DNA of 64,000 nt from a virus. Shown in pieces: positions 20,514 through 29,825 of the stretch (positions within the stretch are counted from its first letter, which is position 1; each line of letters opens with the position of its first letter). The DNA is taken from the IMG/VR virus record IMGVR_UViG_3300037549_000096; one strand, written 5' to 3'. Below the pieces are notes generated by a model. The model had not been told where the DNA came from, searched no databases, and worked only from the letters and a program-made list of their open reading frames with translations. The position numbers were made by a program, and so were the translations under genes.

Positions 20514-22073
20514 ATGGATATATCTAACATTGATTTCATACAAAGAACAATGTTCTTAGAAGGTCAACCGTGGAGATTTACGGATAGACCATATATATTA
20601 CCTATCATTAATGATGATCCGTGGAAACTTATCATCATGACAGGTAGACAGTCAGAAAAGTCTACTTCTATGGCTGGAAAACACATAGCTTCTGCTTGTA
20701 GAACGCCTCATCAATCATCTTTATATATTAATCCTACTATGACTCAGACTTCTGTTTATAGTAGAAAGAAAATTGATGCAGTATTTGAACAATCACCATT
20801 ATTAAAAGCTAATTTTTGGCCTGGAAGTAAGGGTTTTAGCGTTACTGAAAAAAGATTAAAAAATAATCATACAATGTACTTTAGATCTGCTTATCATGAC
20901 GCAGATACTATTCGTGGTTTAACATCTGATAGAACTTTAATTGATGAACGTCAAGATATGATCAATGATTGTATTCCGGTCATTGAAGAATGTTCTTCGC
21001 ATAGACCTAATGCAGTATTTATGCAAACAGGTACTCCTAAAACTTTATCTAATGGTTTTGAATATGAATGGCAGTTATCAACTCAAAGCGAATGGACTAT
21101 TAAGTGTTTTCATTGTGGACGTTGGAATATACTAAGTATTAAAAGTATCATTCCAGGTAAAAATGGATTATGGTGTGAAAAATGTTCTAAAGATATATTC
21201 ACACAACACGGAACATGGATATCATACGGAAAAGAAAAAGCTAAAGTACACGGTTATAGATTTCCTCAAATTATTCTCCCAAGTATTTATATTAATTGGG
21301 AGAAGTTGTTTATTAAGATGGAAAATTATTCTATAGCTACTTTAATGAATGAAGTATTTGGTCATTCATATGATGCTGGTGTTAAACCTATTACTAGAGA
21401 AGAAATAGCTAAATGTTGTAATCAAGAAAGAGTTATGGAACTTGTATCTAATGCTAACGCATTGGGGTATGAAGTCTTTGCAGGTGTAGATTGGGGAACT
21501 GGAGAACTTGGTTATACAATTTTACAGATTGGACATTATAATCCTAACTCTAATAAAATAGTTATCACTTTATCTAAACGTTATATAGGTAAAGAAGCTG
21601 AACCTGAATACATGTTACAAGATATAGCTAGAAAATTATTAGATAATTGTGTAATGATATGTGGTGTTGATCACGGTTTTAGTTTTGGTTTAGTTGATCG
21701 TCTTAAATCATTAGTAAGTGGAAAATGTAAGGTTGTAGCCTTTCAACATACTAATTTTAAAGGTTATGTAGGTTATAATAAAAAAGGTACTCATTATGTA
21801 ACGAATAGAACTGCTGTTATGGCTGATACATTTGAAGCTATTAAACAAACATTCTTTGAATTTCCTGCTTGGAATATATACGAAACTTTTGCTAATGATT
21901 TTATGAATATTGAAGTAGAGTATAATGAACGCACTAGAACTATGAAATATGATCATATTCCTACTAATCCAGATGATGCTTTTCATTCTTTGTTATATTT
22001 ATATATAACTTATCTTATTAGAGTCAAAAAACGTGCGCCTGAGTCTTATGACCCAGATCGTGATGAACCTTGA
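20514..22073 (+). CDS. terL: terminase large subunit (gpA-like, with Zn ribbon)
   Basis: Walker A GRQSEKST, IRG...LIDE, TGTP, CFHC/CEKC, nuclease GVDWG...DD.FH. Confidence 0.92.
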   Translation: MDISNIDFIQRTMFLEGQPWRFTDRPYILPIINDDPWKLIIMTGRQSEKSTSMAGKHIASACRTPHQSSLYINPTMTQTSVYSRKKIDAVFEQSPLLKANFWPGSKGFSVTEKRLKNNHTMYFRSAYHDADTIRGLTSDRTLIDERQDMINDCIPVIEECSSHRPNAVFMQTGTPKTLSNGFEYEWQLSTQSEWTIKCFHCGRWNILSIKSIIPGKNGLWCEKCSKDIFTQHGTWISYGKEKAKVHGYRFPQIILPSIYINWEKLFIKMENYSIATLMNEVFGHSYDAGVKPITREEIAKCCNQERVMELVSNANALGYEVFAGVDWGTGELGYTILQIGHYNPNSNKIVITLSKRYIGKEAEPEYMLQDIARKLLDNCVMICGVDHGFSFGLVDRLKSLVSGKCKVVAFQHTNFKGYVGYNKKGTHYVTNRTAVMADTFEAIKQTFFEFPAWNIYETFANDFMNIEVEYNERTRTMKYDHIPTNPDDAFHSLLYLYITYLIRVKKRAPESYDPDRDEP

Positions 22074-22187
22074 TCTTATTTTTATATTTTTATTAATAAA
22101 AAATGATTATAGATCAAAATCGTGACTCTTAGAAATTTTTGTGATATGATTTATAAAGTCAGTTCCATTTATTGAGGCAGACCACTT

Positions 22188-23741
22188 ATGAATCCTATTG
22201 AATTGGTTTTAACCGCTAAGAAAATAGCTGAAGGCCATGTAACCAGTGGCATTGACCTTAATGATTCTATTTTAAAGGTTGCTTCAGATAATAATCTGTC
22301 TAAACCTCAGATTGAACGTCTTGTTGAAGAAACTAATAAGGCTACATTTATGGAATTGTTAGAAAAGAAGGGTGAACAAGAATTCCCTGTAGCTGATTAT
22401 CAAACTATTAAAGGCAAGATGATACCTAAAATTGAAAAGAATGCTTCTGAAAATTTACAATTTGAAAACTTAAATTATTCTCAAGATGGTTTTACTGAAT
22501 TATTAGGTAGTGAACGTATTTCAAAACCTACTATTGAAAAAGTAGCTTCTACTCACGGATTTAGCGAAGAAGGTTTAGCTTATTTTGAAGCTTTATATAA
22601 AGTTGCTAGTGATTATTTGACTGATTATAATAGGTTATTAGATTTAGAAGCTTTAGGTCAAAAACGTTATGGTAATAATTATTCAGAAGCTAAAGATTTA
22701 GTTAAAATTGCTGAGATTCATAATGATAAAGAAATCTTAGAACTTAAAGAATTACAAATTAATCTCGAAAAGAATGGTCATGTATTTGAATTTATTAGTA
22801 ATAAAATGGAAAAGATAGGGGCTTTTAGTCCTTGGGGTAATACTAATCCTTTTAAAGCAAATAGTATTCCTCATGCGGTTGGTGCTGCTATTAATTTTGC
22901 TACTAAACATACCATTGGTTTACCTTTTGGTTTAGCTGGTGGTGCTGCTAAAGTAGGACTAAAAGGCGCGGCTGTAGCTGCTCCGGTTTTATTACCTTTA
23001 GCTCTTAAGGGCGTTGTAAAGAATCCTAATGCATCTTTAACTATTGCTAGTGAAGGTTCTAAAGCAATTAAAGGCGCTAAAGGTGTATTAAAAGGAAATA
23101 ACTTTATCGGTCCTGGTGCTACTTTAAATGATGGTTTAATTTCTACTGCTATGGAAAAGAAGGCTTTATTAGAAGGCGCGATTCCTGCTATGACTGCTTT
23201 ATTTAAAAGTCCATTAGCTAAAGTAGTCAGTGGCGCTTTAACCGTAGGTTCTGCTGCTAGTAAATTAACTAAACCTGTTGGACAAATCGGAACTGGTTTA
23301 ACTGCTTTAGCTTCTGAAGGCGTTAATAAAGAAGCTGGTATTGGTAGTGGTTTACAGGCTTTATTAGAAAATGTTACACCTATTGTTGAGTTTGGAGCTA
23401 AAAGTATCACACCTTTTGGAATCATGGCAGGAATTACTGCCTTAGCTGCTAAGAAATTAGGAGGGGGAATTGCGCTCACCATGAATAAGCGGGAATTTGA
23501 TCGTTCATTTGATACGATCATGAAAAATAATCCAGACTTTGCATCTAACAAAGATCAAGTTCGTGGTTATTTTGATGTAGTATCAAGACACGCTCCTTCT
23601 CTCGCTAAAGACCCGCTTGTAGCTGAAAGTATTGTTAAAAATATGAATGCCTTTGGTGGTGTTGATTACAATACTGTGCGGGGATTACGTCAAACTGAAC
23701 AATTAGGTCAAGACTCTAACTCACGTTCTTTATTTAACTAA
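22188..23741 (+). CDS. putative internal head/ejection polyprotein with KxA motifs
   Basis: Seven KxA/G motifs; Gly/Ala-rich amphipathic segments; follows terL. Confidence 0.55.
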   Translation: MNPIELVLTAKKIAEGHVTSGIDLNDSILKVASDNNLSKPQIERLVEETNKATFMELLEKKGEQEFPVADYQTIKGKMIPKIEKNASENLQFENLNYSQDGFTELLGSERISKPTIEKVASTHGFSEEGLAYFEALYKVASDYLTDYNRLLDLEALGQKRYGNNYSEAKDLVKIAEIHNDKEILELKELQINLEKNGHVFEFISNKMEKIGAFSPWGNTNPFKANSIPHAVGAAINFATKHTIGLPFGLAGGAAKVGLKGAAVAAPVLLPLALKGVVKNPNASLTIASEGSKAIKGAKGVLKGNNFIGPGATLNDGLISTAMEKKALLEGAIPAMTALFKSPLAKVVSGALTVGSAASKLTKPVGQIGTGLTALASEGVNKEAGIGSGLQALLENVTPIVEFGAKSITPFGIMAGITALAAKKLGGGIALTMNKREFDRSFDTIMKNNPDFASNKDQVRGYFDVVSRHAPSLAKDPLVAESIVKNMNAFGGVDYNTVRGLRQTEQLGQDSNSRSLFN

Positions 23742-23759
23742 TAAAATAGGAGACATATA

Positions 23760-24293
23760 ATGTCTAAAGTTGATGATTTTCTCGCCAAGTTAGCTTCCGC
23801 TGAAAAGCCTGTTGAAAAGCCTGTTGTCTCTACTGAAACTACTGTAGAGAAAACCGCTGAAGAGAAGGAAGCTGAAGCTCTTATGTTTAAGTTAGCTAAC
23901 CAGAATGAAACTATCGAAGCCTCTACTGTTCTTGGTTTAGCTGCTGGTGAACTGTTTAAACTTGCTGAAGAGAGCAAGGATGAACTTATTGGTGAATGTG
24001 CTGAAGGTCTTAGTCTTGCTAGTCAGAGTCTTATGTTTGGTTTAAATAAGATTGCCGCTGAAGATGCTGCTGGCGCGATTACTGATATGGTTGAAACTCA
24101 GGATAGTCTTCAGAAAATTGCTACTGTATTAGCCGCTGTCGCTACTGAAGCTGAAAATGAAGATTTCACTAAGTTAGCTTCCAGTGTTATCGAAGTTAGC
24201 AATACTCTCTTTGACGAATTAAAGGATCTGGCTGAGAAAGATGAGTCAGTAGCCGGTTATTTAGCTGAATTTCATAAAGAAGTAGCTAAGTAA
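23760..24293 (+). CDS. acidic scaffold/core-like head protein
   Basis: Helical, Glu/Ala-rich, seven KxA motifs. Confidence 0.55.
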   Translation: MSKVDDFLAKLASAEKPVEKPVVSTETTVEKTAEEKEAEALMFKLANQNETIEASTVLGLAAGELFKLAEESKDELIGECAEGLSLASQSLMFGLNKIAAEDAAGAITDMVETQDSLQKIATVLAAVATEAENEDFTKLASSVIEVSNTLFDELKDLAEKDESVAGYLAEFHKEVAK

Positions 24294-24314
24294 ATAGTTT
24301 TTAGAAAGTATCCC

Positions 24315-24755
24315 ATGCTTGTTAAAATCGCTGCTCGTATAGATGTTTTGAAGCGAGTATTAAAGCATCAAAAATCTTTTACGCCAGAATTTTTAAAAGT
24401 TCAGGCTAAAAAAGCTAAATCTAAGATGCTAGAAAATTACAGACTTGAACCGGGCAAATTAAGCGATTCTCAAGCATGGGATATTTTTAATAGACAAGTG
24501 TATCACAACGTTAGAAATGTTGGACGAAGAGTAACAAATCCAATTAGATATGATAAAGGGGTTGATCGAATGGGAAATGCTGCTGCTTTTCTTAAAGGTA
24601 AAGGTAAGGAAATTGCTGAAGGTGGTAAGAAAGCTGTAGATTATTTAAAGAAAAATAAAGCAGAAGCCTCTATAGTAGCTGGTTCTACTATCATTGGTGG
24701 AGTAGGTGCTAAAAAAGCTATTGATCATTTAAGAAAAAAGAAAGAATCAAAGTAA
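24315..24755 (+). CDS. basic virion protein with C-terminal hydrophobic segment
   Basis: MLVKIA leader; ASIVAGSTIIGGVGA. Confidence 0.55.
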   Translation: MLVKIAARIDVLKRVLKHQKSFTPEFLKVQAKKAKSKMLENYRLEPGKLSDSQAWDIFNRQVYHNVRNVGRRVTNPIRYDKGVDRMGNAAAFLKGKGKEIAEGGKKAVDYLKKNKAEASIVAGSTIIGGVGAKKAIDHLRKKKESK

Positions 24756-24805
24756 TTGCCCCTAACCGGGCATTTACCTAAATACTTCATGAAGTGTTTA
24801 GTTAA

Positions 24806-25015
24806 ATGTCATACGGAGATAAAATGATTGTTAAATTAGCTGGTCCTAGTTCTTTAGTAGCTGGTGTTGGTAGTGTTTTAACTAAAACTGTAGCTAAAGA
24901 TACTGCTAATGTAGCTGCTAAAGCTGTTCCTGCAATTAAAAAGTTTGTACCTGTACCTCCTGGTGGTGGTCAACAAGCTTGGATTGCGGCTCAAAAAGCA
25001 GCGGGTAAATTATAA
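24806..25015 (+). CDS. small virion peptide
   Basis: MIVKLA leader, then Ala/Val/Lys-rich. Confidence 0.55.
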   Translation: MSYGDKMIVKLAGPSSLVAGVGSVLTKTVAKDTANVAAKAVPAIKKFVPVPPGGGQQAWIAAQKAAGKL

Positions 25016-26583
25016 TGATTAAATTAATCGAAGCTTCTTTAGAAGATGACTATTTCTTTGCCACTAATATAGAAAAAAGTGGCTTTGATAAAGTTGCATC
25101 TGTTAGGGATTTACCTAAAGAAGTAGATGATGTAATTAAAAATTTAAAAAAGAAACCTAATCATAGATATGTTTTATTATCTGCTATGGGCGATGGTGAA
25201 ACTTGGGGCAGTAATCGTAATGGTGATTACTTTTCTAATAAAGCTTTAACTGGCGTTCAACGTAAAGATGAAAGAGGCGTTAAAGATAATAAGCCTATTG
25301 AACGTTACAAGACATTTGAAAGAGGTCATTTCTTTCATCATCATAAGAATAAGATTCAAAATGGTGATCCTCATTTTGGTTATGTTCCTCATGCTATTTG
25401 GAATCCCAAGATGAGAACTGTTTTACTTATTGTTGGAGTTGATGCTTTAAAAGATCCTGAAACTGCGGCTGATATTGATGAAGATAAACTTACTTCGTTT
25501 TCTATGGGCGCAAGATTACCTTATGATGTTTGTTCTAAATGCGGTAATAAAAGAACGAAGATTACTGAAAATTGCAAATGCTTACGGGATGGTTTATTAA
25601 ATAAGATTGCAGCAGATGGTTCTAAAGTTGTTTTATATAATGAAGAACCTGACTTTTTTGATATATCAAAAGTTTACAAACCAGCGTTTGAGGGTGGTCG
25701 GTCACTCATGAAAGTGGCGGCTGATCTAGGTGGTTGTATTTCTAGTTTAGATATTGCTTTAGAGTATGGCTTAGTCGATGTAGACGGTGAACCTTTTATG
25801 AAACTGGCCGATCTTCAGACTAAAATTTTAGAACGAATTCAAGAATTACCGAATCACTTAGTTGATACTGTTAGAGAAGTATGCAGAACAGAAGAAAGAT
25901 TACCTGCTTCATTCTTAAATACTTTAGAACAATTTGAATTATTTGATATTTGGGGCGCTTTCGCAGATGCAGGTATTATTCCTACTGCTGATGAATTTGC
26001 TTATTTATATTTAATTAAACAAGCTCGTTATGATTTAGCCATGCAATACCTTGGTAAAGATATTGAATTAGTAGAAGGTGTAGAACCTGAGTCTATTACT
26101 CCTTCTTTACTTTATCAAATTAGAGTAATAATGTCAGGTAAGTCTAAAGATATAGAATCTAGAATTGATAATGAATTACGTCGTGATCGTGGATTAGCTA
26201 CATTAAGTCAACGTGTATACGATACCAAAAGAGGCATTCGTAAACTTAAGTATCGTCAACAAGCGAAACTTGGTCCATCAATGTCTACTTTGTATTTTGA
26301 ATTACGTAAGAATATGCAAGATGCTATTCAATCAAAACAAGAACCTGTTTCTTTATCCAAGGAAGCTGGTACTTTGTTACAAGCTGGAGCGGGTTTTGTT
26401 GCCCCTTATGTACTTTCAGCACACTTTCAACAAAAAGAACAGAACGGCGAACCTGTGGGATTTATTGGCAAGACATTGGCTAACAATCCTGCTAAGATAG
26501 GAATAGCAACGGCTTTAACGGCTGCTTACCCGAAACATATAGGTCAGGCTCTTGTCAATACCGTAAAAACGTTTCGCAAATAA
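25015..26583 (+). CDS. prohead (capsid maturation) protease
   Basis: NRNGDYF, HH, SMG, CSKCG, FFDISKV.KPA typical of phage assemblin-type proteases; head cluster position. Confidence 0.75.
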   Translation: MIKLIEASLEDDYFFATNIEKSGFDKVASVRDLPKEVDDVIKNLKKKPNHRYVLLSAMGDGETWGSNRNGDYFSNKALTGVQRKDERGVKDNKPIERYKTFERGHFFHHHKNKIQNGDPHFGYVPHAIWNPKMRTVLLIVGVDALKDPETAADIDEDKLTSFSMGARLPYDVCSKCGNKRTKITENCKCLRDGLLNKIAADGSKVVLYNEEPDFFDISKVYKPAFEGGRSLMKVAADLGGCISSLDIALEYGLVDVDGEPFMKLADLQTKILERIQELPNHLVDTVREVCRTEERLPASFLNTLEQFELFDIWGAFADAGIIPTADEFAYLYLIKQARYDLAMQYLGKDIELVEGVEPESITPSLLYQIRVIMSGKSKDIESRIDNELRRDRGLATLSQRVYDTKRGIRKLKYRQQAKLGPSMSTLYFELRKNMQDAIQSKQEPVSLSKEAGTLLQAGAGFVAPYVLSAHFQQKEQNGEPVGFIGKTLANNPAKIGIATALTAAYPKHIGQALVNTVKTFRK

Positions 26584-26595
26584 AAAGGATAATTT

Positions 26596-27111
26596 ATGAC
26601 TATGACTTTTAAAGAGTTTCTTCTTCAGGCTGACGAACAAGAGTTAGTTAAATTAGCTAATTCTCTTAAATTAGGTTTTGAAAGCCATGTAACTAACGCA
26701 GTTGTGCCTTTATTTACTAAATTTGCTGAAGAAGCTACTGAACAAGTAGCTAAAGAAGTAACTGAGCAAGTGACTCAAAATATGGGCGCTTATTTAGAAG
26801 GTCAACAGGCTAATGAAATTGGTAAATTAAATGCACAGGGACAAGTAAATGATATGGTTCTACCTGAAACTGGCAGAACTATTAGTAAAAATGAATTACA
26901 GGAAGCTTTAGAAGAAGCTATTTTAGCAAATAACCCTAAAGCTTTAGCTCAGGTTATCAGTGGCGTATTACAAGCTGCCGGTGAAGATTCTGCCATGAAT
27001 GCTATCTCTGTAGCTAGAACGATCTTGCAAGATGCGTTAGTTTCTGGTAAGCTTGATAAAGATCAGATTGCTACTTTGTCTCAGGCGTTCTCTGTATTCG
27101 AGAGTGAATAA
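26596..27111 (+). CDS. head core/scaffold-like protein
   Basis: LVKLA, FTKFA; helical. Confidence 0.5.
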   Translation: MTMTFKEFLLQADEQELVKLANSLKLGFESHVTNAVVPLFTKFAEEATEQVAKEVTEQVTQNMGAYLEGQQANEIGKLNAQGQVNDMVLPETGRTISKNELQEALEEAILANNPKALAQVISGVLQAAGEDSAMNAISVARTILQDALVSGKLDKDQIATLSQAFSVFESE

Positions 27112-27112
27112 T

Positions 27113-27523
27113 ATGAGCGATCTTCTTAAACAACTATTAGCCGAAGCAAAAGAAGCTGAAGTAGTGAAAACTGCTGAAGCTCCTAATGAAGCTCCTAGCG
27201 CAGAACAGCAAAATGCTGACGTTTTAGAAACTTCGCAAGCAATGATTTCTAAAATTGATAACTTCATTCAGCAAGCTACTGGTTCTGGTGGTGGTGATAA
27301 TGCTAATGTTGATGGACAACAACAAGCAGTAGGTGGTCAAGTTGATGGTGGTGCTGCTTCAACAACTGGTGATCCTAATGATCCTACTCAAGCTGGTAAT
27401 GCAACTGTTAAATTAGAAGTTCCTGCTGGTATGACTGTAAAATTAGGTTCTTGTGACCCCGTTAATAGTGATACAGCTATTCGTACTATTATTAGTCTTA
27501 TGCCTTCTTATTTCGGGGAATAA
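27113..27523 (+). CDS. head core/scaffold-like protein
   Basis: Start MSDLLK; VVKTA, TVKLG; Gly/Gln low complexity. Confidence 0.5.
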   Translation: MSDLLKQLLAEAKEAEVVKTAEAPNEAPSAEQQNADVLETSQAMISKIDNFIQQATGSGGGDNANVDGQQQAVGGQVDGGAASTTGDPNDPTQAGNATVKLEVPAGMTVKLGSCDPVNSDTAIRTIISLMPSYFGE

Positions 27524-27524
27524 A

Positions 27525-27887
27525 ATGGACCCTACGTTACAAGCTGCTCTCCAAATGTTACAGGAAGCACAACAAGTAATGGCTATGCAGGCTGAAGAGA
27601 TTCAGACTTTACGCCAGGGAAGCAAGAAGCTTCAAGAACAACAGCCTATGCAGAAGAAAGCTTCTGTTAGTTCTGATAAATTAGCTATGTTAGTAGGTAT
27701 GAGAGCGGAAGATTTACCTGAATTTATCAAGACCGCTGAAGAAGATGAAGTTAGAAGCTTTATGTCTAATGTTGAATTAAGAGCTAGACATAATTCTATC
27801 GGTAAGATTGCCGAAATTTACGATGGTAGTCAAGCTGAAACACCTGCCGAGCAATTAGAAGCGACTTTGAGCGGTTTAATTGGATAA
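27525..27887 (+). CDS. scaffold-like protein
   Basis: Start MDPTLQ; MQKKA, FIKTA, IGKIA; precedes decoration and MCP genes. Confidence 0.55.
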   Translation: MDPTLQAALQMLQEAQQVMAMQAEEIQTLRQGSKKLQEQQPMQKKASVSSDKLAMLVGMRAEDLPEFIKTAEEDEVRSFMSNVELRARHNSIGKIAEIYDGSQAETPAEQLEATLSGLIG

Positions 27888-27915
27888 CAACCAACTTTTT
27901 TAAAGGAGAAGCGCA

Positions 27916-28323
27916 ATGCTTCAAATTAACTACGGCCTTAATCAGCCTTTCTGCTCTGCTCACACTCCTACTCGACAAGTTAGCGGTACTACGGTATTCG
28001 TTAACGGTCAGTTTGTGAAGCTCGTTAATGGTTTAGCGGTATTAGCCACTACTCCTGCTGACGGTCTTGGTTCTGAGCAGGCTTTTGAACCTAATAACAA
28101 GAATACCGCTGGTGTTCTTACCACTATCCGTGGTATCTACGAAGGTACTACTGATCAGTATGTTACTGCTTCAACTTATACTGATCGTTGCGCTTTAGTT
28201 ATTCGCAATGGTCTGTTAGATGTTGCTGTCGGTGCTACTGAGATTGCCGAAGCTGTTGCTATGGCGGTTGGTGTTCCTGCAAATGGAACTCTCCGTTATA
28301 AGCGTTTAGCTGCTTCCGTATAA
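27916..28323 (+). CDS. capsid decoration/cement protein
   Basis: 135-aa beta-rich protein directly before MCP; strong RBS. Confidence 0.65.
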   Translation: MLQINYGLNQPFCSAHTPTRQVSGTTVFVNGQFVKLVNGLAVLATTPADGLGSEQAFEPNNKNTAGVLTTIRGIYEGTTDQYVTASTYTDRCALVIRNGLLDVAVGATEIAEAVAMAVGVPANGTLRYKRLAASV

Positions 28324-28348
28324 TAGCGTAACCAAAAGGAGAAGTGCT

Positions 28349-29260
28349 ATGAAAATGAATGTATCTCAACTTTGGGACGCTACCGAAACGATAGAAAAAA
28401 CAGCGGAAACTTCTAACGCTGTCGGATTCTTCACTCGTAGTCGTCTTCGTCAAGAATGCGTTCTTGACCGTGTTCTTCCTCCCCAGTTCATTACTCAGAA
28501 TGATCTGGAACGCAATACAAATGATGACTATCCGTTAATTCGCGTTGAGAAAGAACTCGAAACTACGGCTTTCGCTCTTGGTTTCCGTGGTAGTGCTGAA
28601 ACTGACTGGTTCGATGGTTCTAAGTATGAAATTTACTTCGGACAGGTTAGAACTCAGGAACACAATAAGACTCAAGAAGAATTGATGACCATGAGAGCGC
28701 CTGTGGTTGATTATTTCAACCGTAATGGTGTTTTCGATATCGGTGCTAAGGCTGATATCACCTTTAAGGCTGGTTTAGATGCTGCTGCTGCAGCTGCCTC
28801 TAACGTAATTACTTCTACTTCTACCGCCTTTACTAAGGCAGATGCAGTTAATATGCTTAAGACTATGGAAATTAAGCGTATGCCTGCTGGTTGCTGGATC
28901 GTAACTGAATCTCGTTGGAATGACATTCTCTTAATGTCTCCCAATGATTTAGGTTATACTCTGGTTGGTGAATTAGCTATCAATGGTGCGAAGAAGATTC
29001 CTACCTTCCTCGATATTCCTGTTGTACGCACAATTGAAGCTTATCAGGCTGGTGTTGTTACTTCAGTTTGGGATAATAAGAGCGTTTATCTTTGCTCTAC
29101 TCCTGACTTCCTTGGTAAGAACTTTATTCTCCAGGATGTTCAGTATCACATGGAACGTAAGTATAATTTACTGACTTGGGCCGCTTGGATGACTCGTGGT
29201 GCTGGTATCGGTAATATTAACGCTTCTGTTCGCGCTGATTTCCCTAACGCTGGCATCTAA
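28349..29260 (+). CDS. major capsid protein (compact HK97 fold)
   Basis: 303 aa, strong RBS, high-expression codon bias, RSRLRQE...RVLPP and GAGIGN motifs, position in head cluster. Confidence 0.8.
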   Translation: MKMNVSQLWDATETIEKTAETSNAVGFFTRSRLRQECVLDRVLPPQFITQNDLERNTNDDYPLIRVEKELETTAFALGFRGSAETDWFDGSKYEIYFGQVRTQEHNKTQEELMTMRAPVVDYFNRNGVFDIGAKADITFKAGLDAAAAAASNVITSTSTAFTKADAVNMLKTMEIKRMPAGCWIVTESRWNDILLMSPNDLGYTLVGELAINGAKKIPTFLDIPVVRTIEAYQAGVVTSVWDNKSVYLCSTPDFLGKNFILQDVQYHMERKYNLLTWAAWMTRGAGIGNINASVRADFPNAGI

Positions 29261-29278
29261 CTCTTAATGGAGTAAGAT

Positions 29279-29758
29279 ATGACACAGTACATCAAAGCTG
29301 TTCACGGTAATGTAGCTGCTGGTGGTAAATACTTTCTTGAAGGTATGTCTACTTCTGTAGAAGATGAATTAGCTACTAGTGTTGAAGTTAAACTGATGGT
29401 TGATAAGGGATATTTAAAAGTATTTCCTACTCTTGTCGCTGCTCAGAATCATACTTTCAAATCTATGAGCGAAAAATTTAAGGCTGGAGAAGATATTAAA
29501 GTTCCTTCAGTTAATACCGCTGCTAAAACTGCTGAAGAAGATAAAAAGAAACAGGAAGAACTAGCTAAAGCCACTAAGTTAGCAGAAGAAGAAAAAGCCA
29601 TTGCAGATGCTAAAGTTAAATCTGAAGCTGCTAAAGCTGAATTAGCTGCTGCCGAAGCTGCTAAAGCTGCTGAATTAGCTAATCCTCAAGCTCCTGCTCC
29701 TGTAGTAGCTCCCGTAGATACTACTCTTGCTCCTACTACGGCTACTACCACTAAGTAA
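29279..29758 (+). CDS. virion protein with Ala/Glu/Lys coil and Pro/Thr-rich tail
   Basis: Follows MCP; ends PQAPAPVVAPVDTTLAPTTATTTK. Confidence 0.6.
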   Translation: MTQYIKAVHGNVAAGGKYFLEGMSTSVEDELATSVEVKLMVDKGYLKVFPTLVAAQNHTFKSMSEKFKAGEDIKVPSVNTAAKTAEEDKKKQEELAKATKLAEEEKAIADAKVKSEAAKAELAAAEAAKAAELANPQAPAPVVAPVDTTLAPTTATTTK

Positions 29759-29779
29759 ACATTATTGGTTTAACAAGGT

Positions 29780-29814
29780 AAAGGCCCGATGTTTATTCGT
29801 CGGGCCTTTATTTT
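29780..29814 (+). terminator. intrinsic terminator after the capsid genes
   Basis: AAAGGCCCGAT...GTCGGGCCTTT then ATTTT. Confidence 0.85.
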
Positions 29815-29825
29815 AAGGAGTTAGC

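Noticed and set aside
22871-23551. 226-aa minus-strand ORF
   Set aside because: Antisense shadow of the Ala/Gly-rich 22188 gene; no RBS. The same applies to other nested ORFs (3594, 5201, 5576, 23738, 26213, 27037, 28711, 54107, 58302 etc.)
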